Below are positions 1 to 7,028 of a stretch of DNA of 10,761 bases, one piece after another. The notes under the pieces were generated by a model, which was given only the letters and a program-made list of their open reading frames with translations, did not search any database and had not been told where the DNA came from. The stretch's first letter is position 1, and each line of letters begins with the position of its first letter. The position numbers and the translations under genes are program-made. The DNA is from an uncultured Deinococcales bacterium. GTDB lineage: Bacteria > Deinococcota > Deinococci > Deinococcales > JAAFIG01. The stretch covers positions 1-10,761 of the forward strand of contig CAXTTL010000167.1 of NCBI GenBank assembly GCA_964247135.1, read 5' to 3'.

Positions 1-800
1 CGACCAACGGTTCGGTGGGAATCGGCGGCGAGATCATGAACGCCCTGCCGAAGCTCGAGATTATCGCCTGTTACGGCGTCGGCGTCGATGCGATAGATTT
101 GGTGAGCGCCAAAGCCAGAGCCATTGCCGTCACGACCACACCCGATGTGCTGACCGCTGATGTGGCAGACATGGCGGTGGGTTTGATGATGGCGAGCGCC
201 AGACGGCTGGTTCGCGGCGACAAATACGTGCGTAACCTCGAGTGGGGGCAAAAGGGCGAGATGCCGTTGACCCGGCGGGTGACGGGCAAACGGGCTGGAA
301 TCGTCGGTCTTGGACGGGTTGGGAAGGCGCTGGCAAAACGTTTGACCGCCTTCGAGATGCAAATTTCTTATACCGATGTCAGTGCTCAGAGCGATCAGCC
401 GTACCATTTTATTGCCGATTTGACCGAACTGGCTCGAGGCAGCGATTTTTTGATCGTGACCGCCGCCGGTGGTCCAGCCTCGAAGAAAATGGTCAACCAA
501 TCCGTCCTCGAGGCATTGGGCGCAAAAGGCACACTGATCAATGTGTCTCGAGGTTCGATAGTCGATGAGGAGGCACTTGTGGCGGCACTCGAGGCTGGGA
601 CGTTGGGCGCGGCGGGTTTGGACGTGTTCGCCAACGAACCGCACGTTCCCGAAGCTTTGTTCAAGTTCGAGAATGTTGTGCTGATGCCGCATCATTCGAG
701 CGGCACGGTGGAATCGCGCACGGCAATGGGAGATTTGATCGTTGGCAACTTGGCGGCGCATTTTGCGGGGCAACCGTTGTTGACCCCATTTGTTTTTTAA
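1..800 (+). CDS. D-isomer-specific 2-hydroxyacid dehydrogenase (hydroxypyruvate/2-ketogluconate reductase-like), 5' end outside window
   Basis: Frame is open from position 3 (T-N-G-S-V-G...), so the real start lies upstream. Motifs: GVGVDAID, Rossmann GIVGLGRVG, LINVSRG (substrate-binding Arg), AGLDVFANEP (Glu) and PHHSS (catalytic His). Stop TAA 798-800. Confidence 0.9.
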   Translation, partial: TNGSVGIGGEIMNALPKLEIIACYGVGVDAIDLVSAKARAIAVTTTPDVLTADVADMAVGLMMASARRLVRGDKYVRNLEWGQKGEMPLTRRVTGKRAGIVGLGRVGKALAKRLTAFEMQISYTDVSAQSDQPYHFIADLTELARGSDFLIVTAAGGPASKKMVNQSVLEALGAKGTLINVSRGSIVDEEALVAALEAGTLGAAGLDVFANEPHVPEALFKFENVVLMPHHSSGTVESRTAMGDLIVGNLAAHFAGQPLLTPFVF

Positions 801-811
801 CAGGAGGTTTC

Positions 812-1852
812 ATGCTCGCATGTGTAATTCACAGTGCCAAAGACTTAAGAATTGAAGCTCGAGACATCCCAGAACCCGAAGCCAATGAGGTGCTGGTGCG
901 GTTTGGTGCGGGTGGCATCTGCGGTTCGGATTTGCATTATTTCAATCACGGCGGCGTCGGCGATTTTAAATTGCAAGAGCCGATGGTGCTCGGGCATGAA
1001 GTTTCGGGCGAGGTGGTGAACATCGGCAATGCTGTAAAAGGCATACAAATTGGCGATCATGTCGCGGTTGATCCATCCAGACCGTGCAGGGCGTGCGATT
1101 ACTGTTTGGCGGGACGCAGCAATCTGTGCCGACACATGCGCTTTTTTGGCAGCGCGGCACTGTTTCCGCATGTTCAGGGCGGCTTTTCAGAATTCTTTAA
1201 AGTCGCCGATTTTCAGTGTCATGTGGTTCCCAAAGACATTGCCTACAACGTGATTGCTTGCGCCGAACCGCTGGCGGTAACGCTTCATGCGGTGGCTCGA
1301 GTTGGCTCGTTGATGGGGGCAAAAGTGCTGATTACCGGCGCGGGTCCAATTGGGGTTTTGACCGTCGCGGCGGCAAAAATGGCTGGCGCGAGCGAAATCA
1401 CCATCGTTGATTTGTTCGACGAGCCGCTCGAGATTGCGCGAGCGATGGGCGCGACCAATGTTGTCAATTCCGTTTCAAATCCCGATGAACTCGAGGCATT
1501 CCAAGATCATAAAGGCATTTTTGATGTTTCGTTTGAAGCCAGCGGCAACGCCAAAGCGCTCGAGACTTGCGTGCAATCCACGCGTCCTGGCGGCAGCATG
1601 GTGCAGATCGGCATTTTGCCGCCTGGATTGAGCAGTGCGCCGATCAACCGAATTTTGGCGAAGGAACTCGGGTTTTTGGGTACCTTTCGTTTTCACCACG
1701 AGTTTGCTTGGGCAGTCGGCGCTTTGGTTTCAAAACGCATCGATGTGACGCCAATTCTGACGGCACAATTTGGTTTTCATGATGCTGTGAATGCTTTTGA
1801 ACTGGCATCGAACCGCAAAAAAGCCATGAAAGTCTCGTTGCGGTTTGATTGA
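812..1852 (+). CDS. idnD: Zn-dependent medium-chain dehydrogenase, L-idonate 5-dehydrogenase-like
   Basis: 346 aa with SD AGGAGG at 802-807. Catalytic Zn motifs GICGSDLH and GHE, structural Zn C-x2-C-x2-C-x7-C (CRACDYCLAGRSNLC) and GAGPIG NAD-binding motif. The segment MRFFGSAALFPHVQGGF and the C-terminal KAMKVSL resemble IdnD. Substrate is inferred from family resemblance only. Confidence 0.8.
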   Translation: MLACVIHSAKDLRIEARDIPEPEANEVLVRFGAGGICGSDLHYFNHGGVGDFKLQEPMVLGHEVSGEVVNIGNAVKGIQIGDHVAVDPSRPCRACDYCLAGRSNLCRHMRFFGSAALFPHVQGGFSEFFKVADFQCHVVPKDIAYNVIACAEPLAVTLHAVARVGSLMGAKVLITGAGPIGVLTVAAAKMAGASEITIVDLFDEPLEIARAMGATNVVNSVSNPDELEAFQDHKGIFDVSFEASGNAKALETCVQSTRPGGSMVQIGILPPGLSSAPINRILAKELGFLGTFRFHHEFAWAVGALVSKRIDVTPILTAQFGFHDAVNAFELASNRKKAMKVSLRFD

Positions 1853-1937
1853 TTTGGGTCCTATGGAAGGCTCGAGTTTGAGTTAGGCTGTCGCTGATTC
1901 AAAATCTTGGGCGGCAAAGAATTGCATTTTTGAGGGC

Positions 1938-1966
1938 TTGTATTTTTGTCATGATAACGCTATCAT
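1938..1966 (+). promoter_or_regulatory. Putative sigma70 promoter for the ABC transporter operon
   Basis: -35 TTGTAT (1938-1943), 17-nt spacer and -10 TATCAT (1961-1966), in an AT-rich intergenic region. Confidence 0.6.
1951..1966. promoter_or_regulatory. LacI-family operator-like palindrome ATGATA-ACGC-TATCAT
   Basis: 16-bp dyad with 14/16 positions symmetric and the central CG typical of LacI/GalR operators. It resembles the ATGTTA-N4-TAACAT site of the E. coli LacI-type gluconate repressor GntR. Its right arm is the -10 hexamer. Confidence 0.7.
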
Positions 1967-2050
1967 CCTTGGAACAATTTACAATCCAGTTTCATGGTTC
2001 AAGCGTTTTGCGCTTTCGATTTTTTGGTCATCCACGGGGTTCTTTTGAAC

Positions 2051-3577
2051 ATGCTCTCAACCTCACAACCCGCAACAATGCCACCGAGCGTCAAACCTGC
2101 ATTGCTCGAGTTCAAGCACGTCTCCAAGCAGTTTGGCGGCACGTTGGCAATTGACGATTTGTCGCTCGCCGTGAACGCCGGTGAGGTGCTGGCACTGCTG
2201 GGGCAGAACGGCGCGGGAAAAAGCACGGTCATCAAAATCTTGGCTGGCGTTCATGCCGCCTCGAGCGGTGAGATTTTATTTCAGGGACGCAAACTCGAGT
2301 CTTTTCAGCCCAAAGCGCCGATTGCGTTCATTCACCAAGATTTGGGTTTGATCGAATGGATGACCGTAGCCGAAAATTTGTCGTTTGGCACTGGATTCCC
2401 CAAGAAAAACGGCTTGATCGATTGGGGCAGTGCGAACACCCGAGCCACCAAAATGCTCAAAGTGGTGGGCGGCGGCATCCGCCCAAGTGCACGAATTTTC
2501 AGTTTGTCACGCACCGAACGCGCCTTGGTCGCCATCGCGCGGGCACTCGCCCAGGAAGCCCAATTGCTGGTCTTGGACGAGCCAACCTCGAGCTTGCCAT
2601 CGGCGGATGTGGAGCGTTTGTTTGAAGTGCTGCGCCACTTGCGGGCTGCCGGCGTGGGTATCATTTATGTTTCGCATCGTCTGGACGAAATTTTTAGGAT
2701 CAGCGACCGCATTGCCGTCATGCGCGACGGCAAATTGGTGAGTCTGTGCCATGCCCGAGAAACCAATCAATCCGAATTGGTCACGACCATCGTTGGGCAT
2801 AAAATCACCGAGGCGTATCCCAAAGCTTCAAACCCAACCATTCGAAAGCCCTTGCTCGAGGTGTCAGGTTTGCAGGTGGCGGCGCTCGACACCGTCAATT
2901 TTGGCGTTCGTCCAGGCGAGGCACTCGGTTTAACGGGCTTAAAAGGCGCTGGACAGGTCGAAATCGGGCGGGCGTTGTTTGGACTCGAGCCAATTCTGGC
3001 GGGGCAGATCAAACTTGATAACAACCTGATTCAAACGTCTTCACCGCTGGCGGCAATGCAGTCGGGCATCGGTTTTGTCTCCTCCAACCGCCGTGAGGAA
3101 AGCCTTGCCATGACCTTGAGCGTGCGTGAAAACTTTTTCATGAACCCAGCCAATCGCAAACTCAAACTTCACCAGACGATTCAACCCAAAAAAGAGAAAT
3201 CCGACGCTCGAGCTTGGGTCAAACGCTTCAACGTCCGTCCCCCAGATTCCGAACAGGCGCTTGACACGCTCTCGGGCGGCAACCAGCAAAAAGTCGTGAT
3301 GGGACGCTGGCTCGAGTTTGGGGCAAAACTCTTGATTCTCGAGGAACCGACCTTGGGCGTGGATGTCGGCTCAAAAGCCGAAATTTACGGTTTTCTGGTG
3401 GCGGCGCTCGAGGCTGGCGCGGCGGTGCTGCTCGTCTCCACCGATCTCGAGGAAATTGCTGGGATTTGTCACCGAGCACTCGTGTTTAACCGTGGCAGTG
3501 TGGCTGACGAACTTGAAGGAAATGCCTTAACCGTTCCCGCTTTGGTCCACGCGGCGGCGGGCGATCTCACAAACTAA
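2051..3577 (+). CDS. Sugar ABC transporter ATP-binding protein (CUT2, RbsA/MglA-type tandem NBD)
   Basis: NBD1 has Walker A GQNGAGKST, Q-loop IHQDL, Walker B LVLDEPT and H-loop YVSHRL. NBD2 has LSGGNQQK, LILEEPTLGVD and STDLEE. Start is uncertain: in-frame ATGs at 1994, 2051 and 2078. 2051 was chosen because GGGGT lies at 2036-2040. Confidence 0.92.
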   Translation: MLSTSQPATMPPSVKPALLEFKHVSKQFGGTLAIDDLSLAVNAGEVLALLGQNGAGKSTVIKILAGVHAASSGEILFQGRKLESFQPKAPIAFIHQDLGLIEWMTVAENLSFGTGFPKKNGLIDWGSANTRATKMLKVVGGGIRPSARIFSLSRTERALVAIARALAQEAQLLVLDEPTSSLPSADVERLFEVLRHLRAAGVGIIYVSHRLDEIFRISDRIAVMRDGKLVSLCHARETNQSELVTTIVGHKITEAYPKASNPTIRKPLLEVSGLQVAALDTVNFGVRPGEALGLTGLKGAGQVEIGRALFGLEPILAGQIKLDNNLIQTSSPLAAMQSGIGFVSSNRREESLAMTLSVRENFFMNPANRKLKLHQTIQPKKEKSDARAWVKRFNVRPPDSEQALDTLSGGNQQKVVMGRWLEFGAKLLILEEPTLGVDVGSKAEIYGFLVAALEAGAAVLLVSTDLEEIAGICHRALVFNRGSVADELEGNALTVPALVHAAAGDLTN

Positions 3578-3593
3578 TCTCTCGAGGTTTTTT

Positions 3594-4691
3594 ATGCAAT
3601 CACTCAAATCCGATGCGCTCGAGCCAGACCCGAACGACCTGCGCGGCAAACCGCTGGGGCAGGTGATCGTTCGGCTTATTCCGGTTTACGGTCTGGTCGT
3701 GATCACGCTGTTTTTAATTGTTGTGTTCTCGATTTTGCTGCCCAGGACTTTTCCAACGGCGCTCAACCTCGAAAGTATGCTCAAACGCCAAAGCATCAAT
3801 GCCCTGATGGCGTTGGCGGTCATGATGCCGATGGCGGCGGGTAAAATTGATCTCTCGATAGGTTTTGGCGTGATGCTCTGGGAGATCATGGCAATCTCGT
3901 TGCAAACCCGTTTTGGCATTCCCTGGCAACTGGTGATTCCAATTGTTTTGGCGGGCGGTGCCGTGATCGGCGTGGTCAATGCCAGTCTGGTCGAATTTGC
4001 GCGGATCGATGCGTTTATTGCGACGCTCGGAACTGCCACGGTCATCAACGCCCTGGCGTTGTGGTACACCAACGGGCAGCAGGTCGTTGGCACACTGCCA
4101 ACCAGCTTTTTTGAACTCTCCAAAGCCAGTATTCTGGGCATTCCAATATTGCCAATTTACCCGCTCGTCATCAGTCTCGCACTGTGGATCATGCTCGAGT
4201 ACCTGCCGATTGGACGCTACATTTACGTGGTCGGCGCCAATCCAGAGGCGGCGAAACTCAACGGCATTCCGACCCGCAAATACATCGTTTTGGCGTTCGT
4301 GCTCTCAGGCATGATCGTGGCGTTCGCGGGCGTCATTTTGGCATCGCAACTTCGCATCGGTCAGACCAGTTTGGGCGACAGTTACCTGTTGCCAGCGCTG
4401 GTCGGGGCATTCTTGGGTTCGACCACCCTCAAACCAGGGCGCGTCAACGTCTGGGGAACACTGATCGCCGTGGCGGTCTTGGCAATCGGCATTACCGGCT
4501 TGCAGCAACTCGGCGCAGAATTTTACGTCGAACCGATGTTCAACGGCTTGACCCTTTTAATCGCCATCGGTCTGGCGGGTCTGACAGGTCGCCGCCGCGT
4601 TCAACTGCAACGCGCTCGAGAAATTGCGCAGCACAGCACTCCCCCATCCCCACCGGACAAAAGCTCGAGTGAAGAGCCTGTCAAAAAGTAA
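3594..4691 (+). CDS. Sugar ABC transporter permease (RbsC/BPD_transp_2 family)
   Basis: 365 aa with many hydrophobic segments. Family motifs IDLSIG, FIATLGT and GRYIYVVGANPEAAKLNGI. SD-like GAGGT at 3584-3588. Confidence 0.92.
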   Translation: MQSLKSDALEPDPNDLRGKPLGQVIVRLIPVYGLVVITLFLIVVFSILLPRTFPTALNLESMLKRQSINALMALAVMMPMAAGKIDLSIGFGVMLWEIMAISLQTRFGIPWQLVIPIVLAGGAVIGVVNASLVEFARIDAFIATLGTATVINALALWYTNGQQVVGTLPTSFFELSKASILGIPILPIYPLVISLALWIMLEYLPIGRYIYVVGANPEAAKLNGIPTRKYIVLAFVLSGMIVAFAGVILASQLRIGQTSLGDSYLLPALVGAFLGSTTLKPGRVNVWGTLIAVAVLAIGITGLQQLGAEFYVEPMFNGLTLLIAIGLAGLTGRRRVQLQRAREIAQHSTPPSPPDKSSSEEPVKK

Positions 4692-4708
4692 GACTCCAAG
4701 GAGGAAAG

Positions 4709-5824
4709 ATGAAGCACAAAAATGCAGTTCTGGGTATTGCCCTGATTGGTGCAGCGCTCGCCGTGGCAGCCGCGTACAACGTCAATGCCCAAGATGACAT
4801 CGTCGCCAAAGCCAAGGCATTCGTCAAAGATGCCGCCAGCAAAGCCAACAAATGGACCGGTCCAACCTCGGGTCCAAAAGCGGCGGCTGGAAAATCCGTT
4901 ATTTATGTCTCGAGCGACCAACGCAACGGTGGCGCTCAGGGTGTGGGAGACGGCGTCAGCGAGGCAGCAAAAGCCATCGGTTGGGATTATAAACTGCTCG
5001 ACGGGCGCGGCACGGTTCAGGGTCACGGCGACGCCTTGGGGCAAGCCATCGTGCAAAAACCCGATGCGATTATTCTGGGTGGTTTTGACGCCACCGAACA
5101 AGCCGATCTGGTCGAGCAAGCCAACAAGGCGGGCATTGTGGTGGCAGGCTGGCACGCGGCAGGCACGCCAGGACCGCAAACCAACCCGACCATGTTCACC
5201 AACGTCACCACGCCAGCCCAGGACACCTCGGAAGCGGCAGCCTATCTGGCAATTGCCAACTCCAACGGCAAGGCGGGCGTCGTGGTCTTCACCGACAGCG
5301 CCTACGCGATTGCGGTTGCCAAATCCGATGCGATGGCGAACATCATCAGGCAATGCAAAACCTGCACCTTACTCGAGACTCGAGTTCAAAGCCTTGGCAC
5401 AGCCACCAAAGACATGCCAACCGTGACCTCGAACTTGCTGCAAAAGTACGGCAAGAAGTGGACGTACAGCCTGGGCATCAACGATTTGTATTTTGACGGC
5501 ATGGTTCCTGGTTTGGTCAGCGCCAACATCCGCCCGAGCGGTCAGTTGTTTAACATTTCGGCGGGCGACGGTTCGGAAAGCGCCTACCAGCGCGTGCGCA
5601 CCAAGCAATACCAATACGCCACCATTCCAGAACCGATCAATTTGCAAGGCTGGCAATTGGTGGACGAGATCAACCGTGCGATCAACAAAGAAGCACCGAG
5701 CGGCTTCAAGATTCCGGTGCATATCGTCGTGCCTGGCAACGTCAATTACGACGGCGGCAAGAAGAACCTGTTCGACCCAGAGAACGGCTACCGCGACCGT
5801 TACAAGAAGATTTGGGGCAAATAA
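4709..5824 (+). CDS. Periplasmic sugar-binding protein (type I fold, Peripla_BP_4-like)
   Basis: 371 aa with strong SD AAGGAGG at 4697-4703. Sec signal peptide (MKHK, hydrophobic core, VNA|QD) with no lipobox. Motifs QKPDAIILGG and QGWQLVDEINRA. Sits directly after the ATPase and permease. Confidence 0.88.
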   Translation: MKHKNAVLGIALIGAALAVAAAYNVNAQDDIVAKAKAFVKDAASKANKWTGPTSGPKAAAGKSVIYVSSDQRNGGAQGVGDGVSEAAKAIGWDYKLLDGRGTVQGHGDALGQAIVQKPDAIILGGFDATEQADLVEQANKAGIVVAGWHAAGTPGPQTNPTMFTNVTTPAQDTSEAAAYLAIANSNGKAGVVVFTDSAYAIAVAKSDAMANIIRQCKTCTLLETRVQSLGTATKDMPTVTSNLLQKYGKKWTYSLGINDLYFDGMVPGLVSANIRPSGQLFNISAGDGSESAYQRVRTKQYQYATIPEPINLQGWQLVDEINRAINKEAPSGFKIPVHIVVPGNVNYDGGKKNLFDPENGYRDRYKKIWGK

Positions 5825-5851
5825 ATTTTGTAAACTCAAATTCTTGTCCTT

Positions 5852-5891
5852 CCTCTCATCCCCGACCCTTCTCTCCTGGGAGAGAAGGGAG
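5852..5891. repeat. REP-like palindromic unit, possibly acting as terminator or mRNA-stabilising hairpin
   Basis: Perfect 11-bp inverted repeat CCCTTCTCTCC (5866-5876) / GGAGAGAAGGG (5879-5889), preceded by the pyrimidine-rich leader CCTCTCATCCCCGA. The stem starts about 40 nt after the SBP stop. Only a weak T run follows. Confidence 0.6.
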
Positions 5892-5895
5892 TTTC

Positions 5896-6032
5896 ATACC
5901 AAATTGCGGGGAACAGTCATGCTTTATCGACTGTTCCCCCGACCAACGGGAGTGGCAAAAGTACGGAATCAACGAGGTTAACGGAGTTGTGGAGCGAAGC
6001 GGAATAACGGAGTGTTCTCGTTGATTCCGTAT
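5896..6032. repeat. 137-bp structured small non-coding element with ATAC...GTAT ends (Deinococcota SRE/SNR-like)
   Basis: Ends ATAC (5896-5899) and GTAT (6029-6032). Hairpin 1 GGGGAACAGTC (5908-5918) / GACTGTTCCCC (5929-5939). Linker CGACCAACGGGAGT. Hairpin 2 TACGGAATCAACGAG (5962-5976) / CTCGTTGATTCCGTA (6017-6031). Only one copy is in the window, so repeat status is inferred. Confidence 0.65.
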
Positions 6033-6116
6033 CATTGGAATCTCGAGTGAATCGCTGACTTTTAAACTCGAGCTTCTTTTCATCCTCAGAAACTTCAAGC
6101 GCATGATCTAAAGGTA

Positions 6117-7028
6117 ATGATGACAAACCAATTCGAGATTTTTGACGAGCGTTTTAACAGCATTCTTTTGCCCGATTCCAAACTCGAGAAACTGGCTTCT
6201 GGGGCAGTTTGGTCTGAGGGTCCGGTGTACCTCGAGCAGGATCAAAGCGTGATTTGGTCTGATATTCCTGGCAATCGCTTGTTGCGCTGGAGTGAGGTGG
6301 ACGGGTTGAGCGAATTTCTCAAGCCCTCAGAATTTCATAACGGTCACACGCTCGATTTAGAAGGTCGGATCATCGCGTGTTCGCACGGTGAACGGGCGGT
6401 CATGAGGCTCGAGGCGGATGGAACCTGGACGAAATTGGTCAGCCATTTTGAGGGCAAAAAACTGAACTCGCCCAATGACGTGATCGTGAAATCTGATGGC
6501 ACAATCTGGTTTTCTGACCCGTCTTATGGCTTGATTCAACCGAACGAGGGTTACGGAGGTATGCAGGAACAGGCGGGGTGTTACGTCTACCGATTCGATC
6601 CCGTGAATTTGGACATTGACGCGGTGGTGACCGACATGGAAAAACCGAACGGCTTGGCATTCTCGAGCGACGAAAAGATTTTGTATGTTTCAGACACCAG
6701 CGCCAGCCACGACAAAAACGGCAAGCATCACATTCGGGCTTACGATGTGCTGGACGACTCGAGCACGGCAAATGGGCGGGTGTTTGCGGTGATCGAACCT
6801 GGTTTGCCCGATGGTTTTAGACTCGACAAAAACGGTTGGGTTTTCACCAGCTCGCAAGACAGCATTCAGGTCTTCACCCCCGCCGGCACGCTGCTCGGCA
6901 AAATTCTGGTGCCGGAAAAAGTTGGCAATCTGACGTTTGGCGGCGCAAACAAAGATCGGGTTTTTATCGCAGCAAGCTCGAGTCTGTACGCCATCACGCT
7001 CAACACCCAAGGGCTGCAACGCCCGTGA
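6117..7028 (+). CDS. SMP-30/gluconolactonase/LRE family protein (sugar lactone lactonase)
   Basis: 303 aa (ATG at 6117 or 6120). Propeller motifs WSEGPVY, WSDIPGN, NG, LNSPND, WFSDP, KPNGLAFS and PDG carry the metal-binding E/N/N/D residues. No signal peptide. Confidence 0.9.
   Translation: MMTNQFEIFDERFNSILLPDSKLEKLASGAVWSEGPVYLEQDQSVIWSDIPGNRLLRWSEVDGLSEFLKPSEFHNGHTLDLEGRIIACSHGERAVMRLEADGTWTKLVSHFEGKKLNSPNDVIVKSDGTIWFSDPSYGLIQPNEGYGGMQEQAGCYVYRFDPVNLDIDAVVTDMEKPNGLAFSSDEKILYVSDTSASHDKNGKHHIRAYDVLDDSSTANGRVFAVIEPGLPDGFRLDKNGWVFTSSQDSIQVFTPAGTLLGKILVPEKVGNLTFGGANKDRVFIAASSSLYAITLNTQGLQRP

Noticed and set aside
2480-2965. Degenerate ABC signature (LSRTE) in NBD1 and degenerate Walker A (GLKGAGQVE) in NBD2
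   Set aside because: This asymmetry is normal for RbsA/MglA-type tandem ATPases and is not evidence of pseudogenisation.
4601-5426. Long alternative ORFs 4601..5353 (-) and 4746..5426 (+)
   Set aside because: Shadow frames of the GC3-biased binding-protein gene with no recognisable motifs.
5852-6032. Possible CRISPR array, tRNA or riboswitch in the structured spacer
   Set aside because: No repeat-spacer periodicity, no cloverleaf or T-loop, and no riboswitch consensus I can recognise. An Rfam scan would settle it.
6095-6106. Near-palindrome TCAAGCGCATGA upstream of the lactonase as a second LacI operator
   Set aside because: It is short, imperfect and does not match the TGATA/TATCA arms of the 1951-1966 site, so chance is plausible.
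5812-6126. Short ORFs (69-82 aa) across the repeat-containing spacer
   Set aside because: No RBS or motifs, and the region is better explained by the hairpin elements.
6836-7024. 63-residue N-terminal extension of the 6836..7906 ORF
   Set aside because: It overlaps the lactonase CDS in another frame. The Rossmann motif begins just after GTG 7025, which forms a GTGA overlap.
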